DNA from: an uncultured Desulfosarcina sp.
Lineage (GTDB): Bacteria; Desulfobacterota; Desulfobacteria; Desulfobacterales; Desulfosarcinaceae
Direction: 5' to 3'
Length of the DNA stretch: 64,000 nt
Assembly (NCBI GenBank): GCA_963674945.2
Contig: CAXXWQ010000004.1
Coordinates: forward strand, 1,152,001-1,216,000
Shown piece after piece: positions 61,326 to 64,000 of this stretch. The first letter of the stretch is position 1, and each line of letters starts with the position of its first letter. The translations under genes were made by a program, and so were the position numbers. Under the pieces are notes generated by a model, which saw only the letters and a list, made by a program, of their open reading frames with translations, did not search any database and was not told where the DNA came from.

Positions 61326-62924
61326 TTACCCGTTGGTTTTTCCCAAGATGTCCTTGACCAGTTTTACGGCCCCCACGGCATCGCGGGCATACCCCTGCGT
61401 TCCGATGGAAGCGGCGATCTGCGGGTTGACCGCTGCCCCGCCCACAATAATGGAAACCGGACGGACATCGGACCGGTTGAAGTTGTTGACAATCTCGACC
61501 AATTGCTTGCGGGCGCCGGTGATAAAAGCGGATAATCCTACCACAGGTGCCTCATAAGTGTTGACGGCCGCAAGAAAGTCCCCGGCCGGGACATTGACGC
61601 CCAGGTCAAGCACCTTTACACCATTGGTTTCCAGAATGATCCTGACCAGATTCTTGCCGATCTCGTGGAAATCCCCCTTGACCGTTCCGAGAATCACCTG
61701 GGGCGGCCGGTCTCCCGCGGCGCCCAGGTGCGGTTCCAATGTGCGGAATCCCTGGTAAAAGGCATCCACCATCAAAAGAATCTCCGGCAGGAAGGACTGC
61801 CGTGACTCATAACAGGCACTGCCTTTGCGCACCGCCCGCATCAGGGCTGAATTGACGATCATGAGAGGGTCTGTCTCTTCTTTCAGGGACGTTGAGACCA
61901 ACGCCGACACGGTTTCGCGTTTTCCCCGGTGGACCGCGTCGGACAGCCGGGAAAGGGTTTGGGCATGGGGCGTAAGTTCGGACAAGGCCCTTTTGCCCGT
62001 CTCAATGAAACGCACTACATTTGCAATGGGGGTTCCCGGCGGAAGGGCACAACCGGTGCTCAAGATAAAATTATCCTTTACGCCCATGGTGGCCACCAGG
62101 TCCTTCGTACTTGCCGCCACCTCTTCGGGCGGGGCCAGTTCGATGATCTCCACTGGATCGATATTGCCGACAATGCCCACCGATTTCGGAACAATGTCTT
62201 CATAGGCCAGAAGGTCCATACACTGATCAAAACTGATGGCCCGGACTCCGGTCTTGACCATGTCCTTGAGGATCTGTGAGGTGTCCCCACAGATATGAAG
62301 GACCGTGGGTTCCGTTGGATGGATGTCATAAAGACGGGCCAAAAATTCTCCTGCAAACCGCCAGAAGCTGTCGGGCGGCAGCAGGGCCGCCAGGGGGTCT
62401 GAAATCCAGAAGACCTCGGCCCCCGCGTCCAGAAGATAGCGGCCGTAATCCCGGGCGCAGGCCAGGCATTTTTCCATCAGATCAAGGACTTCTCCCGGCC
62501 TTTCCACAATTCCCCGAAGAAGTTCCTGTTCCCCGGCCAATTGCCCGGCCACGGTGAAGGGGCCGTACACCATGGTGGACAGGGTCCTGTCCGGAAACTC
62601 CTTTGCCATACGCTTCAGGACCTGGGCATTGACCGCCATCCTGGGAACCGTTGCAGGTGGGACAACATTAACGGAACTGCCGGGCATCTCCACGGACGGC
62701 ATGGCATCGGGTGAAAAACACACCTTCGCACCCATGGCCTCCGCCTGAATGGCGATATCGCTGAAGTAGAACAGGATATCGGCATCCACCTGCTGATAAT
62801 ACTTTTTTACGGCCTCAAATTTGATATCGGCATTCCAGGAAATGTCGTCGATCCCGGCCTCAACCATTTGAAAAGAGGGGAGCGCATTGATGGGAAACAC
62901 CTTGTTCCGTAAGGAATGTTCCAT
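61326..62924 (-). CDS. Fused MtaA/URO-D-family methyltransferase and corrinoid-binding protein (CmuA-like architecture)
   Basis: QAEAMGA, GPFTVA, LHICG and STGC Zn-ligand motifs, GNIDP; C-terminal cap plus GDFHEIGKNLV (DxHxxG), VGLSA, VGGA. Confidence 0.9.
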   Translation of the reverse strand: MEHSLRNKVFPINALPSFQMVEAGIDDISWNADIKFEAVKKYYQQVDADILFYFSDIAIQAEAMGAKVCFSPDAMPSVEMPGSSVNVVPPATVPRMAVNAQVLKRMAKEFPDRTLSTMVYGPFTVAGQLAGEQELLRGIVERPGEVLDLMEKCLACARDYGRYLLDAGAEVFWISDPLAALLPPDSFWRFAGEFLARLYDIHPTEPTVLHICGDTSQILKDMVKTGVRAISFDQCMDLLAYEDIVPKSVGIVGNIDPVEIIELAPPEEVAASTKDLVATMGVKDNFILSTGCALPPGTPIANVVRFIETGKRALSELTPHAQTLSRLSDAVHRGKRETVSALVSTSLKEETDPLMIVNSALMRAVRKGSACYESRQSFLPEILLMVDAFYQGFRTLEPHLGAAGDRPPQVILGTVKGDFHEIGKNLVRIILETNGVKVLDLGVNVPAGDFLAAVNTYEAPVVGLSAFITGARKQLVEIVNNFNRSDVRPVSIIVGGAAVNPQIAASIGTQGYARDAVGAVKLVKDILGKTNG

Positions 62925-63224
62925 TTTTATCGATCCTTTTCGATGATGGCGAAGAGGCGGCGACGTCAGTCCCCCTTCGGTGTGACAGCCATTGTCTATG
63001 GACACGGCACATCGCCAGGGCACCATCACACCTGCGGCATCACCTTCCGAATCTTTAATGGAACGAGGTGGACCGGAACTTAATTAAAAGTGTTTAAAAG
63101 GATAAACTCGTTGAGGATATCAATTTCTCAGTCTGCCCTCCGTCTATCAACCCGGATAGCTCTTCGCATGTATTATCATGTAAAACCGAAAAATCGATAC
63201 ATCTTGGAAAACCTCTGAAAGGTC

Positions 63225-63277
63225 AAATCATATAATATGATTTTGGCACCATTAGTCCCGAAACGGATTCATGTCAA
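63225..63277 (-). promoter_or_regulatory. Candidate sigma70 promoter with downstream palindromic operator
   Basis: Minus-strand TTGACA-N17-TAATGG followed by the palindrome AAATCATAT-A-ATATGATTT (63225-63243). Confidence 0.55.
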
Positions 63278-63580
63278 GAAAAAATTTTACGCACTCATTC
63301 GGGGAAAATACCCATATGGTAAGATCAAAAACCTTCTGCATAGTTCGTTATATAGGATGTAGCTTTATCAGGCTGCTTTTTTTTGAAGAATTGAATTGCG
63401 AGAATTTGGTGAGAAGAAAAGTTTTTTCAACAGAATGCCAAACTGAGATATCATGCAATTGCCTGCTCCAAAAATCTTGAAGCACGCCAACATATTGAAG
63501 CCGGAGGAGATATCAACAATGATGGAATTACATACCATGCGGATTGAACAGCAACGCAGCGACAACTGATAAGACCGCTT

Positions 63581-64000
63581 CTATTGTTTCCGATTCTTCT
63601 GAATGGCACGACGCACTTTTTCCCGCTGGTCCGGCGTAAGCTGTTGCCAGCGCCGGTACTGACGCATGAGTTTTTGTCTTTGTGCCGGCGTTAGATTTTT
63701 TAACCTTTTGTTCAGCTGCCGTATACGCTCTTTCTCCTTTACCGGCAATCGTTGCCAGCGACTGTATTTCTCTCTTACGGCCGCTTTTTGCTTTTCATTC
63801 AAATTCGTAAAACGCTTGTAATTTTCCCTGATGCGACTGCGCTCGTCATCCGGAAGGGCTTTAAATGCCTTGACCTTCTCATGAAGTGCATTCCGTTGAT
63901 CCTCACTCAAAGACTCCCATTTCGAAAACCGTTGTCGTAGCTGTTCTTTTTCCTCCGGACTGAGCTTCTGCCAGCGTGAAGCGGCGTCCTCTTCGGATGA
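63581..64000 (-). CDS. DUF3106-like 18-aa repeat protein, 5'-truncated
   Basis: Frame open to the window end; repeats W/F-x-x-L-[SP]-x-E-[EQ]-[RK] with 18-residue period. Confidence 0.8.
   Translation of the reverse strand, partial: SSEEDAASRWQKLSPEEKEQLRQRFSKWESLSEDQRNALHEKVKAFKALPDDERSRIRENYKRFTNLNEKQKAAVREKYSRWQRLPVKEKERIRQLNKRLKNLTPAQRQKLMRQYRRWQQLTPDQREKVRRAIQKNRKQ

Noticed and set aside
61326..62924. Uroporphyrinogen decarboxylase hemE
   Set aside because: Lacks the N-terminal RQAGR motif and has MtaA-type Zn ligands plus a B12 domain
60478..63260. Cobalamin or SAM riboswitch upstream of the receptor or methyltransferase
   Set aside because: I could not find the B12 box/GGGAA core or a complete SAM-I core by eye; only an isolated GGTGCCAA. 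An Rfam scan is needed
63581..64000. 54-nt periodicity as a CRISPR or DNA repeat array
   Set aside because: Periodicity is at the protein level (18-aa helical repeats) with degenerate DNA
1..64000. tRNA, rRNA or CRISPR arrays
   Set aside because: None recognised in any intergenic region

Overview
Window from a bacterial chromosome; gene content and style suggest an anaerobic sulfate-reducing Desulfobacterota (Desulfosarcina-like) organism, which is my inference. 1-23.5 kb is mostly housekeeping: a clostripain, copZ-copA, a parA-like gene plus dynamin, yqgE, an attenuator-controlled ilvD-ilvB-ilvN-ilvC-cimA-leuA operon, pyrD, nfeD-SPFH and a diguanylate cyclase, interspersed with two families of MITE-like repeats. 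23.5-50 kb is accessory. It holds a formate dehydrogenase / TauE / DUF364 block bracketed by a perfect 58-bp direct repeat, gene remnants, and a lipid A / undecaprenyl-phosphate remodelling island (DedA-PAP2, PAP2, two-component system, arnT, ABC exporter, arnBCAD, flippase) with a recurring ATGAA-N6-ATGAA promoter box and a doubly frameshifted arnA. 50.5-63 kb is the most striking part: an 11-gene minus-strand operon joining a fused MtaA/URO-D-corrinoid methyltransferase, a Met-synthase activation-domain protein, a TonB-dependent receptor, a nitrogenase-like NifH/NifD/NifK trio lacking FeMo-co machinery, a FecBCDE/BtuFCD-type importer and two tandem GATase-fold paralogs. It is a candidate uncharacterised import-and-reductively-process pathway for a tetrapyrrole or metal chelate. 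No rRNA, tRNA or CRISPR array was seen.
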